The notes beneath the pieces are model-generated. The model was not told the origin of the DNA. It was given only the letters and a program-made list of their open reading frames with translations, and searched no databases. From contig NW_004798298.1 of the NCBI RefSeq assembly GCF_000002075.1, forward strand, positions 141,290 to 205,289: DNA of 64,000 nt, given 5' to 3'. A program made the translations under genes and the position numbers. How positions within the stretch are numbered: position 1 is the first letter of the stretch; each line of letters begins with the position of its first letter. The stretch is from Aplysia californica. Lineage: Eukaryota. Shown here piece by piece: positions 50,204 through 64,000 of the stretch.

Positions 50204-53200
50204 TTAAAACTCGCCAAAATAATTCAAAGTTCAAAATCTCTAAATTATGTTAATAATTATATATCCGTAGCCAGAAAACAAAGCAAATAAAGCAAAGTTA
50301 GATAATCGAAACAGGAAGAAATAGATTGAATTCTCTTTATGATTTTCGGTTTGTTTGTTTATTTTTGTTAGGCTTTTGTTGTTTGTTTCTGCGTGAGTAA
50401 GTTTTTTGGGTGGTTTGTTTGTTTAGTTGGGTTTTTTTTGTTTAGTCTTTTTGTTTGTTTATATTTTTACTTTTTAAAAATCCCAAACCTTTCACCAGGT
50501 CAATGCGCTCTTGATCAGAATCTGGAGTTAGGTTATCTATATTATGTTTTTTGTTTTACTTAATTAATATTGAAGCACTGTTCACGTCATTTATTTGAAT
50601 CCGATGAGGTCACTTGATGACAAAGTGTGCGTTTATGNNNNNNNNNNNNNNNNNNNNNNNNNNNNNNNNNNNNNNNNNNNNNNNNNNNNNNNNNNNNNNN
50701 NNNNNNNNNNNNNNNNNNNNNNNNNNNNNNNNNNNNNNNNNNNNNNNNNNNNNNNNNNNNNNNNNNNNNNNNNNNNNNNNNNNNNNNNNNNNNNNNNNNN
50801 NNNNNNNNNNNNNNNNNNNNNNNNNNNNNNNNNNNNNNNNNNNNNNTTCCAGTGTGGGGCGGAGAGATGGGGTATGTTAAAGCACCGAAGCTGAACAAAT
50901 TCTTTCGTATCAGTTATGGCTAACAATTTGGCCTCAAATCTGTTCGTCATCTTCTCATAGGCTGTCTCAAACTGTCACAAAACGTACCTCTAGTTGTTGA
51001 TTGTTTTTTTCTATTAGAAGAATCAATATTTTGTTATGTTAAGACATTTCATATTTTGTTGACTTTGCATCATTGAGAAACACCGTCCACCTCTCTTATG
51101 TTCTCCTTTCTCAGTGTGTGTGCTAATAGCCCCGCCCTTTTTCAAGGCTTGACTGGTCTCAGTGTCCTTGGTGTACTAACTAAATACTCCATGATTGTTC
51201 ATGGCTTTGTGTCAGCCCAAGGGGAGGTTTTGTTGTTTGAAGGTACTCAACAACTCAGCCCTGCTTTCTCGGTGTTCAACACAAGCTTGCGTCTCTTCCA
51301 ATTGCGTCAGTTTGGTTGGTCAATATGTATAACGATAATGGTTGCTTTAACCTGACTTTACATCAGCTTTGTTTTATTGTATTAGTAAGAGTTTGACGGC
51401 ACTTACAACACAAATAAGTCATATAAGTGCCGGGGATAAAAGATATGACATGCACTAGAGAGTTTAATAAAAAAAAAAAAAAGAAAATGAGAAGAGATAA
51501 GGAGGATAGATATTTGATAGGAAAGAAAGAGCAGCTGCATCAACTCGAACAAAGTCTCGCAAAACCAAGGACATAAGAGACGACATAATATTTTCCAAAA
51601 CAGTCCACGAGTGTTTTCATATACTGCACTGAGACCATCGGGTAAACATAAACACGTGACTTGCTTTAGCACTGGAAATAAGACACATTGTGCTGCTTTC
51701 GAGAGATTTGTGGCTGAGAAACCATCTACAACCAGCTTACGACCGTCTGTCAAGGGGGAAAAGAGTCCATATATTAATGTATTCAAAATAAAGGCACAAA
51801 ACAAAATACATATATTGAGCATTCAGTCAAAACTGTCACTCGTCTCATGACAGCGAGGACCAACCAATGGAACAAGAGAGACTCAAGCTCTAAGTCGAAC
51901 TCCCACAGGGCAGCATTGATGTTATTGAATACCGAACCGAAACATTGGGAAACAAAATGTAAAACTGTAAAGCCTCTTTCATAACTGCAAGGTTATTTAA
52001 AAAAGCTGGGCCTCCGATTTAAACGTCGATCTCCAATAAGACCGAGCCAAATGGTTGGAGAGCATTAAAACTTCCCGAAAACAACCAACGTTCTGAACTC
52101 CCTGTTGGAAATTCGAATCAGTGTCATAATAATTAAGCATTATACATTAAATTACTGAGCTAACAGGGTGCTATAAGGTATTTGTTTCAAAATCTCTAAA
52201 TTCTTAATGTTTATTAAAACTATCTGTTGCTAAAAAACAGCCACTTGAAGCAAGGTCAGCTTATAAAAACTGGAAGAAATGGGTTCAATTCTTTTTTTGG
52301 TCTTCCTTTTTCTCGTGGAAGGGGTTGTTCGTTTGATTGTTTGTTTGTTTGTTTGTTTATTTTTAGTTAGTTAGTTAGTAAGTAAGTTAGNNNNNNNNNN
52401 NNNNNNNNNNNNNNNNNNNNNNNNNNNNNNNNNNNNNNNNNNNNNNNNNNNNNNNNNNNNNNNNNNNNNNNNNNNNNNNNNNNNNNNNNNNNNNNNNNNN
52501 NNNNNNNNNNNNNNNNNNNNNNNTTGTTAGCTTGCTTGTCAGTCTGTTTGTTTGTTTGTTTGTGTGTTTTTTGTTTGTGTGTTTTTTATTGTTTAAAAAA
52601 ATTTTGTTTGTTGGTTTGTGTGTTTTTTGTTTGTGTGTTTTTTATTGTTTAAAAAAATTTTGTTTGTTGGTTTGTTGGTTTGTTTGTTAGTCTGTTTGTT
52701 AGTCTGTTTGTTCATTTGTTTATTAGCCTGTTTTTTAGTCTGTGTGTTTGTTTGTTTGTTTGTTTGTTTGTTTGTTTGTTTGTTTGTTTTGGGGTATTTT
52801 TGTTTTCGTGTTTTGTTTTATGTTGTTTTGTTTTGTTGTGTTCGTTTTTCATCTAAAACCATTGTTGAGGCCAATCTGCGTGTCCCAAATCAAAATCAGA
52901 AGTTAAAGTAGATTAGACATAATATAAAAGTACTGTACTTATGTCTTCTTACATCATTTAAATGTTTAAGGATGGGGTGGTTTGTGTGGTAAAAGGAGGG
53001 GGGGAGGGGGGAGAGGGTGAAAAGGTTTCAAGAATCCAATTACCCAGATAACACAATTGAGTGGATTTCAAAATCAGAAGTTTTTCTCCCCCCACCCCCT
53101 CCCTGGCGCACTACCCTAGCATTTTTTGTGCCACCCTATTCCAAGTTAAAGTGACAAGCCGGGGCCCGCTACAAAGATGGGTAAATATAATTGTCCAGTG

Positions 53201-55396
53201 ATGCTGAACTGAGGCAAACTCTATAGTATTGGACTAACACCTGAAAATCAAAATGCGGTACTACAGGTAAATAAAAAGACCTGTTTACCCCACAATTATT
53301 TTCTGACCCAGCTGTCGGTTTCTTTGAGCTCTGAATCCAGAAAACGGCAACTCAAAAAACATACTCTTTACTTAGAGCTGTTCATGCTAAGATATCATAA
53401 AAGTGTCTACCTATTGATACCAGCGTTTTTGGCATATCAGATAAGCACTTTGCCGTCGAACACAGAAAACCTTAGTTTGATTCCTGTGTAGGGAAAATTT
53501 CTATCGAGTACATTGTACCTCGGTCTTTCTGCTGATACCGTGCATTCCTCTCAGCCAGGGTTGATCCTATCAGACAGGATTGAAGGCTGCCTCCTAAATG
53601 ATTTGAATTGTGTCGATTGGGACATAACACCTTCATTTATTATTTTTCTTTGTTACTTAAAATTGTACTAACCAGCGGAAAAGGAAGTATCCGTGTTGGA
53701 TCAGGTTATATCAAACAAAATGTTTCCCACCAGATGCCACATTGTGCTCTTTCAATAGTTATGCTGTTTTGCCCATTCATACACTTACAATAACATGCAC
53801 AATGTACATATTTTTCTTCGGCTTGGTTCTAAACGAAGGAGGAAGGACATGAGATTGGAGGAACAGGGGAGATAATGAGAGAATTACGAAAAGAAAGAAG
53901 GCGTTTGACCGAGTTACTAATATAATACACGAAAACAATGAATTCAATGAGGAAAACAATATCATTTTCAGCTGTAGTTCATCTTTTATTTATACATGCA
54001 AATGAAATGATTGTAGTCACACAAGTTTTGTTTGGCAACTCATGGAATTAACATGTGCCATGTTATTCTTACAAAGGCTTCTGTGGCTTGTTATGACATA
54101 AGAATTACGACACCATTCAGTACTCTAAACAGGCGAAAGAATCTCGGTTTTAATTCCACAAATGGATTTGTCTCCTTAGAACAGCGCTTTCCAACCTAGG
54201 CGGTTTGGTAATAGTTTGGTGGTTGGTGAGGATCACCCAGATAGTGACAACTATTACCTAGTGCCCGCTTAGATATAACACTATTATGTACAACTTCACG
54301 TAGGAGAGCAGTATAAAATGTTAACCCCGTCAAGATGACACAAATGGGATGGCAAAGGTTGACAAGCATTGTCTTGAAATTATGACGTACGCTACACATA
54401 CGTCACGATAAACAATGGTCTCGTTTTTCCTGTGAGAACAATAATACACTTTTGAATACAAACATAATGGCGACATATTTTATGTAAATTCTCAAAGAGC
54501 AATTGGTCAGAAAACAAAAGCTTTCTTACATTCTTCTCTCTTGGTGAGCTGCTAGTTTATGTGATGTTTTGCGTTTGCAGCTGCCTTATTCAAAATCATA
54601 GCTTCCTAAGCAATTTTATTTCTGGCATGAGCACGATCGCCGTTATAGGAGGCTTGTAGTTGTGAACAAGCGGGGATATACCTCTACTCCGAAGTCCTGG
54701 TAGCAGTTAAAGACTTTGTCAAAAGATTCCCAGTGGCTGATAGAGTCTCAGGGTGAGCACACGATGAGAGCCAGTTATCGGACTTGCTGAAGCAGCACGT
54801 TGTGTTCCCGCAGTGTACTCAGAGAGGTCAAACTCTCCCTGAACAATCTCAATTCTATGTGAGATTAAAGATGATGACGTACTACACCAAAAGGCACATG
54901 AGAATGCAGGAGACAAGTCCAAATGGTGGCGATGGGACGCACCTTCTAACAAAGGGACAGCGTTGCCCTCACTGTAGGATCATCTCCTGGTACGGAGATT
55001 GAAGGGCTTGGGGGAGGGGCAGGAGGGCAGGGGAGCGGGGAGGGGGGGGGACGACAGGGGAAGAGGGAGGAGTTCCTGAAACTTTTCGGAAAGTATATCA
55101 ATGCCTGCTTCTGGGACCTCTGTTTAAACCTTGGGGCTGTTGTAATAGCTGATCCAATTCCCTATACAGCAAAGACATGCTGAAAAGCTCTGTAGTCACT
55201 CTGAGCCTCTTAAAGAGACAAGTCTGACTCATTAAACTCTTCCACTCCCCCATTGCTGGTGTACTGAGAACGGGGAGGAGAGGCTGGGGGAGGAAGGGGG
55301 GGAGGGGGAATTTCTCCTTTTTGTCAACTGGGTGAGGTCAAGCGCTAACCAGCGTGTACAGTCTGCAGAGATGACACCGAAGTAGTCAGGCACCCA

Positions 55397-58300
55397 TCAT
55401 GGCTGAACGCCACCCTTCTTCTTGCTTCTCTTCCGTGCATCCTTTAGTCCGAATCTTTTCAGAAGTGTCAATATACCCGAAGAAGCTCCATATTTGCGAC
55501 CCTGAGAAATAATAAAATTGTCATATTAACAATGGTGATGTGAAATACACAACAAAAACAACAGAAAAAGACTCATTTGATAAACTATGAAATTCATGAA
55601 AGTTTAGGGAGAGATTTTTAAAAAATAGTTCATAGTACAGAATACCCTGGCGTTTCTGAATTAAACTAAAGCAAATTATAAGGCTTATGAACTTCGCGAA
55701 CAGGTATCCGAACAAATAGCTCTTACCTTAAAAACTCATTTGATAACCCATAAAATATACGAGGATTCAGACCGAGAGAAAAAATTGCCCTTAGTACAGA
55801 CCAGATTATAGTTTCAGATTAACCAAAGAGCTTGTGAGCCCAGCTGACAGTTGCACGAGCGAACAACAAGACCAGCAGTATGTGATACGCTCCCTGCATT
55901 CAGACAGGTCTGGGCTATGCACTTCATAAAATGGAGATTAATTCAGAAAGACAAGGACAAAAGAGCAAAAAAAATATATAACGTAGTATTACGATTATCC
56001 CTTCAAAACTGCAATGACTTTCTGCTAAACCAAAAACCAACTAGTTTTTAAATACCAGTAAGCAGAAAATACCATCACCAAAATCAATGAACAAATAATG
56101 CTGGTACAAAAATGCAACCCTGGCTGATAACTTCAAATATATACTCACTCTTTTCTCTTCTCTTTTTCCTTCTGGTAGTTTGTCTTGCATCTGTCCCTGC
56201 AGAGGTTTACCCTCCATTTCCTCCATTAACTTGTTCTTGTATAAATCAGACTTGACGAATCTCACATAACTGTCACGACGCATCAGTTGATATATCTGAA
56301 AAATAAAACATACCTTGGTTATGATATAAAGACAAAAAAGAACAAAAGACAACTCCTTTATTTATGCATGTTCCAAAAACTGGCATTTAATTTTGCTGAG
56401 TTGTGGTAAACGGTTAGTCTGCTATTTTGTGTTGGGAAATTGGAGAACAATAACACAAAGAAGAAGCAGGCCACATCAAAGTATCCATCAACCACATAGA
56501 AAGAAAGTTAGAGATGCTATACCAATATTGATTTAAAATATGTTGCACCCCCTCCCCTCCCCCCAAAAAATTAAAAAATTAAAAACCTTTCTCTTAAAAA
56601 ATACGTATACTTTCAAGTTACAAATAATATTTCCTCATTAGGAAATGCTGTCCTGCTAACATAATAATATATCTATTTTGTAATTGGAATAACTTGAAAG
56701 TAAATTTGTAGTCATATTACCATAAGATGATACTTGCAATAAGTATAAATAATTTCAACTAATGTCACAAGATCAACTCTCATGGACAACCACACTAAGT
56801 GTCAAGATACATACCTGTTTCTGAGCCACATCAAACATATCGACTGTGGGATTGTCCAGAAACGTCCGCGTGTGAGAGCGGGCTGCACCATCCACATTCA
56901 CGGGATCATCTGAAGTGGGGGACAAAAAGCGGCCATAGATGACTCCGGCTTGAGCGTTGCGCTATAATGAGAAACAAAATACTCATTAAATAAAAGAAAA
57001 TAATAATATTAGGATCATGGTGATGTTATTATCATTATATAGTGCAAAACATTACGACATTGATTGATAGCGATGTCTGTAATGCAGCCGTTAAGCAACC
57101 CGCCGTATCACGCTTTAGACTTGAATTCGATTCTCTCAGACTTTGTTCTGGGGTATTGCATCCCTCTCAATTCTGGTTAGTGTTGACAAATGTCGATGGG
57201 GGCCTAAATTAACTTGTCTAATGTTAAAAAAAAATTGATCTCCCTTATGGACCTTCAAAATTCGGATTCGAACAGAGACCAAGGTATATGCACTTGTTTT
57301 ATCTTGTGGGAATATTTCCTCTGATAATGAATTCCTCTGTGACTGTGAAGGTCCAAAAGCTCCATCTTCGAAGTGACTTGTATTTTTGTCTAAAGGAACA
57401 TAAAACTTCAACAGCTACTATTACATAATCAACTATTGTTGCTAAGTACAGTTGTTCTCTTTTATTTCATTTTCATTCACCTTTAAATAGCAGACCATCC
57501 ACCAGAAAAATAAATAAAAGTGAAAAGTGTCAGTATAGTTCAAAATTGTACTACAGACTTTGTTACTATTTCAGAGCATCGATTTGAAAAAATAAATGTT
57601 GCAAGTTACAGACAAGATGATTCTATCAGCTAACACTGATGCCACAGTGTCTATTTGTACTTTTAAGAGCCAACATCTTGGTAGTTGGTAGCAATACGGT
57701 ACATCTTAAAAACCTCCAGTTAAAGAACAAAATTCGTCTATCAAAATATTATTCTAAACTTACCTCAGAGTCATCTGTCAGTTGACGGTACTGCTCACAC
57801 GCCTTCCAAAACAAGATGTTCTCTTCGCTAAACTCTTTCTTCAAGAATTCCTAAAGATAAAAGTAATATCGAAGATCATGATAGTAATAAAGTTAATAAT
57901 ACGAGTAGAGAAAAACTCCAACTTAACATAAATATTTCGGAGAAAAATATAGAAAGGAAATCTTTCTACCAAAGTCTGTAAAAGAGAATTAAAGTTTCAA
58001 AAAAGAAGAATAATTGAGTAAGACATCTAGACTCATAAGAATATAGTAGTAGTTTCCAAATTTGTCAGTATATACATTTGTTCAATATTGTTGTTAGTTA
58101 GTCCGATTGTTCGTTTGCTCATTAGTTTTCTTGTATGCTTGTTTGTTTGTTTGTTCATTCATTCATTCATTCATTCATTCATTCATTCATTCATTCATTC
58201 ATTCATTCATTCATTCATTCATTCATTCATTAAAAACATTTTTTGCACGTATTTTTTATTCTTTCTTTAAAGTGATTGGGGTGTGGATTTTGAAAAAGGA

Positions 58301-60639
58301 TAAAATAAAAGTAAACATCATAAAGGGATATAAGGAGCCTACCGAAAAGACTTCAACACCGACTGGGTCCTGAAGTAGTTTGTCCACGTGTACGGCCCAG
58401 CTGGCCACCCGACCTACTGGCTCCTTCAGACCGTCACCCTGATCGCCAGTCTGTCCAGGTTTATCCTCCATTTCCTCCATTAACTTGTTCTTGTACAAAT
58501 CAGACTTGACGAATCTCACATAACTGTCACGACGCATCAGTTGGTGGATCTGTGAAGTAGCACATTCATTGATTTTGATATGAAAACAAATGGGAACAGA
58601 ATATGACTTAATTCTTGATCTGAGCATTTACCAAATCTATCGTTTATAGAGTTATAGTAAACGGTAAGTCTGCACGATAACTGCCATTTGTCAGTTGAAT
58701 ATCTGAGAACAATAATACGAAGAAGAGGCATGCTGCATCAAAACACCCGTCAACAACATGAGAAGCAAGCAAAAGATGCCAGACTAATACTGAATTAAAA
58801 GATTTTCGCCCCCATCCACGCTTCCTCAAAAAATAACCCACAAAAAACTTACTTTTAACATCTTCGCCCTGACTTATAATTATTATACTTATTAACATTA
58901 ATTTGCAAATATGAATATTATTGAGATGAAAACTTGAAAATGGTCACATTACCATGGCATCGTACGAGCAGTAAATTTATTTCACTACTTATGCTCCAAA
59001 TCAAATCTTGCTGACAACCACACTAAGTGTCAAGATACATACCTGCTTCTGAGCCACATCAAACATGTCGACTGTGGGATTGTCCAGAAACATCCGCGTA
59101 TGAGAACGGGCTACATCATCCACATTCACAGGATCATCTGCCGTGGGGGACAAAAAGCGGCCATAGATGACACAGGCCTGATTGTTGCGCTATAATGAGA
59201 AACAACAAACAATACTCATGAATACAATGCCTTAAAAGATAATCATATAAGGTTCATGGTGATATTATTACCATTAGATTGTGCAATACGTAGTTACAAC
59301 TTTCATAGCGATGTGGTGCTACAGTTAATTAAGCACCCCGCCGCAGCACGCTGCAGACTCGAATTTGATTCTCATTGTCATGTTGATTAAATTCTTATGG
59401 AGTATTTCAGGCTTTCTTCTGGGGCATTGCACCCTTCTCAGGCCTGGTTGACCCAGGGTCAAAGCCTGCTGCCTGAAATAAATGGGGGCGGGGGGGGGGG
59501 GGGGGCGTAAAATAAAATATCCAATATAAAAAAAAAGAAAATAAATTGATCTGCCTCATTGACTTTCAAAATTTGGATTCGAATTGAGACCGGTGTATTC
59601 GTTTAATCTTATTGTTACATTTCCTATGATAAGTATTTCCGGTGGAGATCTAAAAGTTCCAAGTTGGAAGTGACTCGTATTTTGTCTCAAGAGAGAAACT
59701 TCAACAGCAACTATTACCTTATAAAGTACTGCTACTAAATACAGTTGTTGGTTTTGTATTTTTTTCCTTTTCATTTGCCTCTAAAAAAGCTATACTAATA
59801 TTTTTAGAGCCTGTGTCTTAGTAACAATACTGTACATCTTAAAAACATTCAGTTAAACAACACAATTCGACTATAAAAATATTCCAAACTTACTTCAGAG
59901 TCATCTGTCAGTTGACGGTACTGCTCACACGCCTTCCAAAACAAGATGTTCTCTTCGCTGAACTCTTTCCTCAAAAATTCCTAAATAGAAAAATAACATC
60001 GATGTAGATGAGAGTAATAAAGTTAATAATACGAGTCGAGGGAAAACTCTATATAACTTGTAAATTCAGGAGCAAAATATAGAGAGATCATGTTTCTACC
60101 AAAGTGCATAAAAGAGTATTTAAGTTTTAAAAAACCCATACAAAACAAAACAAAAACCTAACGGCGTAAGGTATTAACCTTAGGTAGTTTCTTCACCGGC
60201 TAGTTTATTTGTTTGTGTATTTGGTTTTTTTGTTTTTGTTTGTCGATGTTACATATATCTATGTATTGATCTAATTCTTTTTGAATGATTTTTAAATACA
60301 TTTTAGGGGCGTGGGTGGATGTCCAACTCTGGATAAAAAAAAAAAAAGACAAACTATAAGTAAACATGATATAGTTAATGATGAACCTACCGAAAAGACT
60401 TCAACGCCGACTGGGTCCTGAAGTAGTTTGTCCACGTGTACGGCCCAGCTGGCCACCCGACCTACTTGCTCCTTCAGACCGTCACCCTGATCGCCAGTCT
60501 GTCCAGTGATGTTGTCCACACTCACATTTAACAACCTATCCTGTTTGTGATCGCCAGTCTGTCCAGTGATTATGTCCACACTCACGTTGAGCAGCTTGGA
60601 CTGGGTGTTCAGACAGGGAGCCTCTTCAATAACTGGGGA
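55397..60639 (-). CDS. Tandem-RGS gene, copy B (first coding exon not seen in window)
   Basis: Exons 60391-60639, 59894-59980, 59043-59189, 58343-58549 (chimeric), 57764-57850, 56815-56961, 56149-56295, 55397-55501 (TGA). The seven downstream exons match copy A in size (87/147/207/87/147/147/105 nt), with intact GT-AG sites and an open frame. Confidence 0.9.
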
Positions 60640-63019
60640 CTTAAGTTATGAAAAATATTAATTTTTTATTTTGTTTGTTTGTTTCTCTTTGTTTGTTGTT
60701 TTCTTCTAAGTAAATTATCAAATTCACCCTACTTTTTTAAGGGGGTGTTCTTTGTTTTCCTGAGCGTAGGAATAGGGTGATGGGTTGGAAGCTTTGTTTT
60801 GTTTAGTTTTTTTATGGTGGGTGTTTATCGACTCTCGCAATTGCATAAGGTAATATGAGGGTGCGGGATATATTAAACATTTTCAGTTCGTAGGAACTTT
60901 TGACTTTTGCACGGGTGGCGGCCGAAGCCTACTCTTATTTATGATGGACTAACAAGGGATTTTTAACGTGTGCAACATGCTTAGAGGGCTTCCGAAATTA
61001 TTTGCCCTTATCCGAGAAAGATAGATGATAGATCTTACCTATAATAAGATCAGGGGTGTGGCTCAAAGACAACAATAAGAAGGAGCCAAGAAGTAGAGGT
61101 AGAAAGGCTAAAGAAAGAGTCAGGGCCAGGGGCCAAGAGGAGGGTGCAAAGGAGTGGGTGCAGAGAGTGGAGACAAAATCAGACGAAAGAACATTGTCAG
61201 AGAGCAGGGAAGGAGGTGAAACGAGAAAAATCTGGAGAAGGAAATGTTCCAACTCTGTCTGGAATCAAACCCGGTACCTATTGACTGATTGGTGAGCAAC
61301 GTGACCTCTCCTCCACGGGGGCCCCCAATTTGTTTCCTTTTTGTCATGGAGGTTGGGGGGGGGGGGGGGGTATGGCAGGTTAAAGTCCAAAATGATCCTA
61401 TATGTTTGTTTTCAATTATTTCGCTACATCTTTCAACACTTTGAAAAAACAGGTTGGATACCAATCACAAACGACCGACCAAACAACTTTTTAGACGTTC
61501 GTGTTTACACATATTTTTGAAGTTCACTCTAAAGTTCTATGAATCAATTGTCGGCGCTCGGGCAAGGTGGCAAGGTTCTTTCAATTTCGAGCTTAAGTTT
61601 ATCATCCCATTGAGTTTACTAATGTATACTGATAATATGATTTCATGCTTAACATAAAACTCAAAATAAAACATGTGTTTGTCACCTCCAGATCTCCAAA
61701 CAGACAAATGAGTTAAAATGCATAGGTTGAAGTTTTTCTGCGTACGAAGAATTATTTAGTTTAAAAAAAAAAGCAATTAATCAAGTCAAAAGTCAAAAGA
61801 AGTGCATGGAATTAGGTATTAAAATTGTTGTTATTTCTTGGTAATGTTTATGGGGGCCGTGTTTGTCAAGTAACGAACTGTTTCCTTTAGAGACGGGATT
61901 TTTTTACTGAAAGTTTGGGGAAACGGCAGTTTTTACAAGACAAGACAAGACACAATCACTTCTTTCCGTCCTAATTGCCCCCTCCCCCCTTTTTTTCAGT
62001 GTAACAGTCATCTCAGCTGAGAGCCAAATTGTTGTGAACAAAGTCGACGCTTCCTTAGTCAGGATACCGTCAAAAGAATTGGTCTTTTGTTTTTTACTAC
62101 AACGTTGGCCTATTCCTATTTTGAAAATACTTTTAATTAATTATCCATCTCAACGAAGAACGCATGGAAATTTAATCCAGTAACCTGTNNNNNNNNNNNN
62201 NNNNNNNNNNNNNNNNNNNNNNNNNNNNNNNNNNNNNNNNNNNNNNNNNNNNNNNNNNNNNNNNNNNNNNNNNNNNNNNNNNNNNNNNNNNNNNNNNNNN
62301 NNNNNNNNNNNNNNNNNNNNNNNNNNNNNNNNNNNNNNNNNNNNNNNNNNNNNNNNNNNNNNNNNNNNNNNNNNNNNNNNNNNNNNNNNNNNNNNNNNNN
62401 NNNNNNNNNNNNNNNNNNNNNNNNNNNNNATAGCGATGGGGTGCTACGGTTAATTAAGCCCCCCGCCGCACCACGCTGCAGACTCGAATTTGATTCTCAT
62501 TGTCATGTGGATTAAATTCTTAGGGAGTATTTCAGGCTTTCTTTGGGGGCATTCCACCCTTTTCAGGCCTGGTTGACCCAGGTCAAAACCCTGCTGCCTG
62601 AAATCCGGGGATGGGGGGGGGGGGGGGGGGCGTATAATAAAATATCCAATATAAAAAAAAAGAAAATAAATTGATCTGCCTCATTGAATTTCAAAATTTG
62701 GATTCGAATTGAGACCGGTGTATTCGTTTAATCTTATTGTTACATTTCCTATGATAAGTATTTCCGGTGGAGGTCTAAAAGTTCCAAGTTGGAAGTGACT
62801 CGTATTTTGTCTCAAGAGAGAAACATCAACAGCAACTATTACCTTATAAAGTACTGCTACTAAGTACAGTTGTTGGTTTTGTATTTTTTTTCCTTTTCAT
62901 TTGCCTCTAAAAAAGCTATACTAATATTTTTAGAGCCTGTGTCTTAGTAACAATACTGTACATATTAAAAACATTCAGTTAAACAACACAATTCGACTAT
63001 AAAAATATTCCAAACTTAC

Positions 63020-63731
63020 TTCAGAGTCATCTGTCAGTTGACGGTACTGCTCACACGCCTTCCAAAACAAGATGTTCTCTTCGCTGAACTCTTTCCTCAA
63101 AAATTCCTAAATAGAAAAATAACATCGATGTAGATGAGAGTAATAAAGTTAATAATACGAGTCGAGGGAAAACTCAATATAACTTGTAAATTAAGGAGCA
63201 AAATATAGAGAGATCATGTTTCTACCAAAGTGCATAAAAGAGTATTTAAGTTTTAAAAAAACATACAAAACAAAACAAAAACCTAACGGCGTAAGGTATT
63301 AACCTTAGGTAATTTTTTCACCGGCTAATTTATTGGTTTGTGTATTTGGTTTTTTTGTTTTTGTTTGTCGATATTACATATATCTATGTATTGATCTAAT
63401 TCTTTTTGAATGATGTCCAACTCTTGAAAAAAAAAAAAAGACAAACTATAAGTAAACATGATATAGTTAATGATGAACCTACCGAAAAGACTTCAACGCC
63501 GACTGGGTCCTGAAGTAGTTTGTCCACGTGTACGGCCCAGCTGGCCACCCGACCTACTTGCTCCTTCAGACCGTCACCCTGATCGACAGTCTGTCCAGTG
63601 ATGTTGTCCACACTCACATTTAACAACCTAGCCTGTTTGTGATCGCCAGTCTGTCCAGTGATTATGTCCACACTCACGTTGAGCAGCTTGGACTGGGTGT
63701 TCAGACAGGGAGCCTCTTCAATAACTGGGGA
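63020..63731 (-). CDS. Partial third RGS copy (two exons), near-identical to copy B; paralog or redundant haplotype
   Basis: Exons 63483-63731 and 63020-63106. Region 62430-64000 closely matches ~59310-60910 and follows an N gap. Confidence 0.55.
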
Positions 63732-64000
63732 CTTAAGTTATGAAAAACATTAACTTTTTATTTCGTCTGTTTGTTTCTCTTTGTTTGTTGTTTTCTTCTA
63801 AGTAAATTATCAAATTCACCCTACTTTTTTAAGGGGGTGTTCTTTGTTTTCCTGAGCGTAGGAATAGGGTGATGGGTTGGAAGCTTTGTTTTGTTTAGTT
63901 TTTTTATGGTGGGTGTTTATCGACTCTCGCAATTGCATAAGGTAATATGAGGGTGCGGGATATATTAAACATTTTCAGTTCGTAGGAGCTTTTGACTTTT

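Larger units (their letters stand above)
48965..62100 (+). repeat. Segmental duplication copy B
   Basis: Direct-orientation paralog of 21518-36190, offset about 28 kb. Confidence 0.85.

Noticed and set aside
1-64000. CRISPR array or prokaryotic/phage system
   Set aside because: There are no regularly spaced repeat-spacer units or operon-like ORFs; the sequence is intron-rich eukaryotic DNA.

Overview
This is gappy, microsatellite-rich genomic DNA from an animal. Spliceosomal GT-AG introns, (TTAGGG)n, RTE LINEs and tRNA-derived SINEs suggest a lophotrochozoan-type invertebrate. All gene models were built by hand from splice phases. (1) A 12-coding-exon two-pore-domain K+ channel (K2P/TWK-like) gene lies on the minus strand at 3223-17783. 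It has a non-canonical first selectivity filter (TLLGYG), a ~290-320 aa M2-M3 loop on one phase-symmetric exon, and a basic C-tail. (2) A ~14 kb segment is duplicated about 28 kb apart. Each copy carries a minus-strand gene encoding TWO tandem R12-type (RGS10/12/14/Loco-like) RGS domains, joined by a chimeric exon, with no RBD or GoLoco visible. A third partial copy sits at the right edge. (3) The rest is an unexplained repeated alpha/beta module downstream of each RGS gene, RTE LINE fragments, TTAA- and AAAT-flanked MITEs, SINEs, an interstitial telomeric tract and several gap-flanked near-identical duplicates that may be assembly artefacts. No prokaryotic features (CRISPR, operons) are present.
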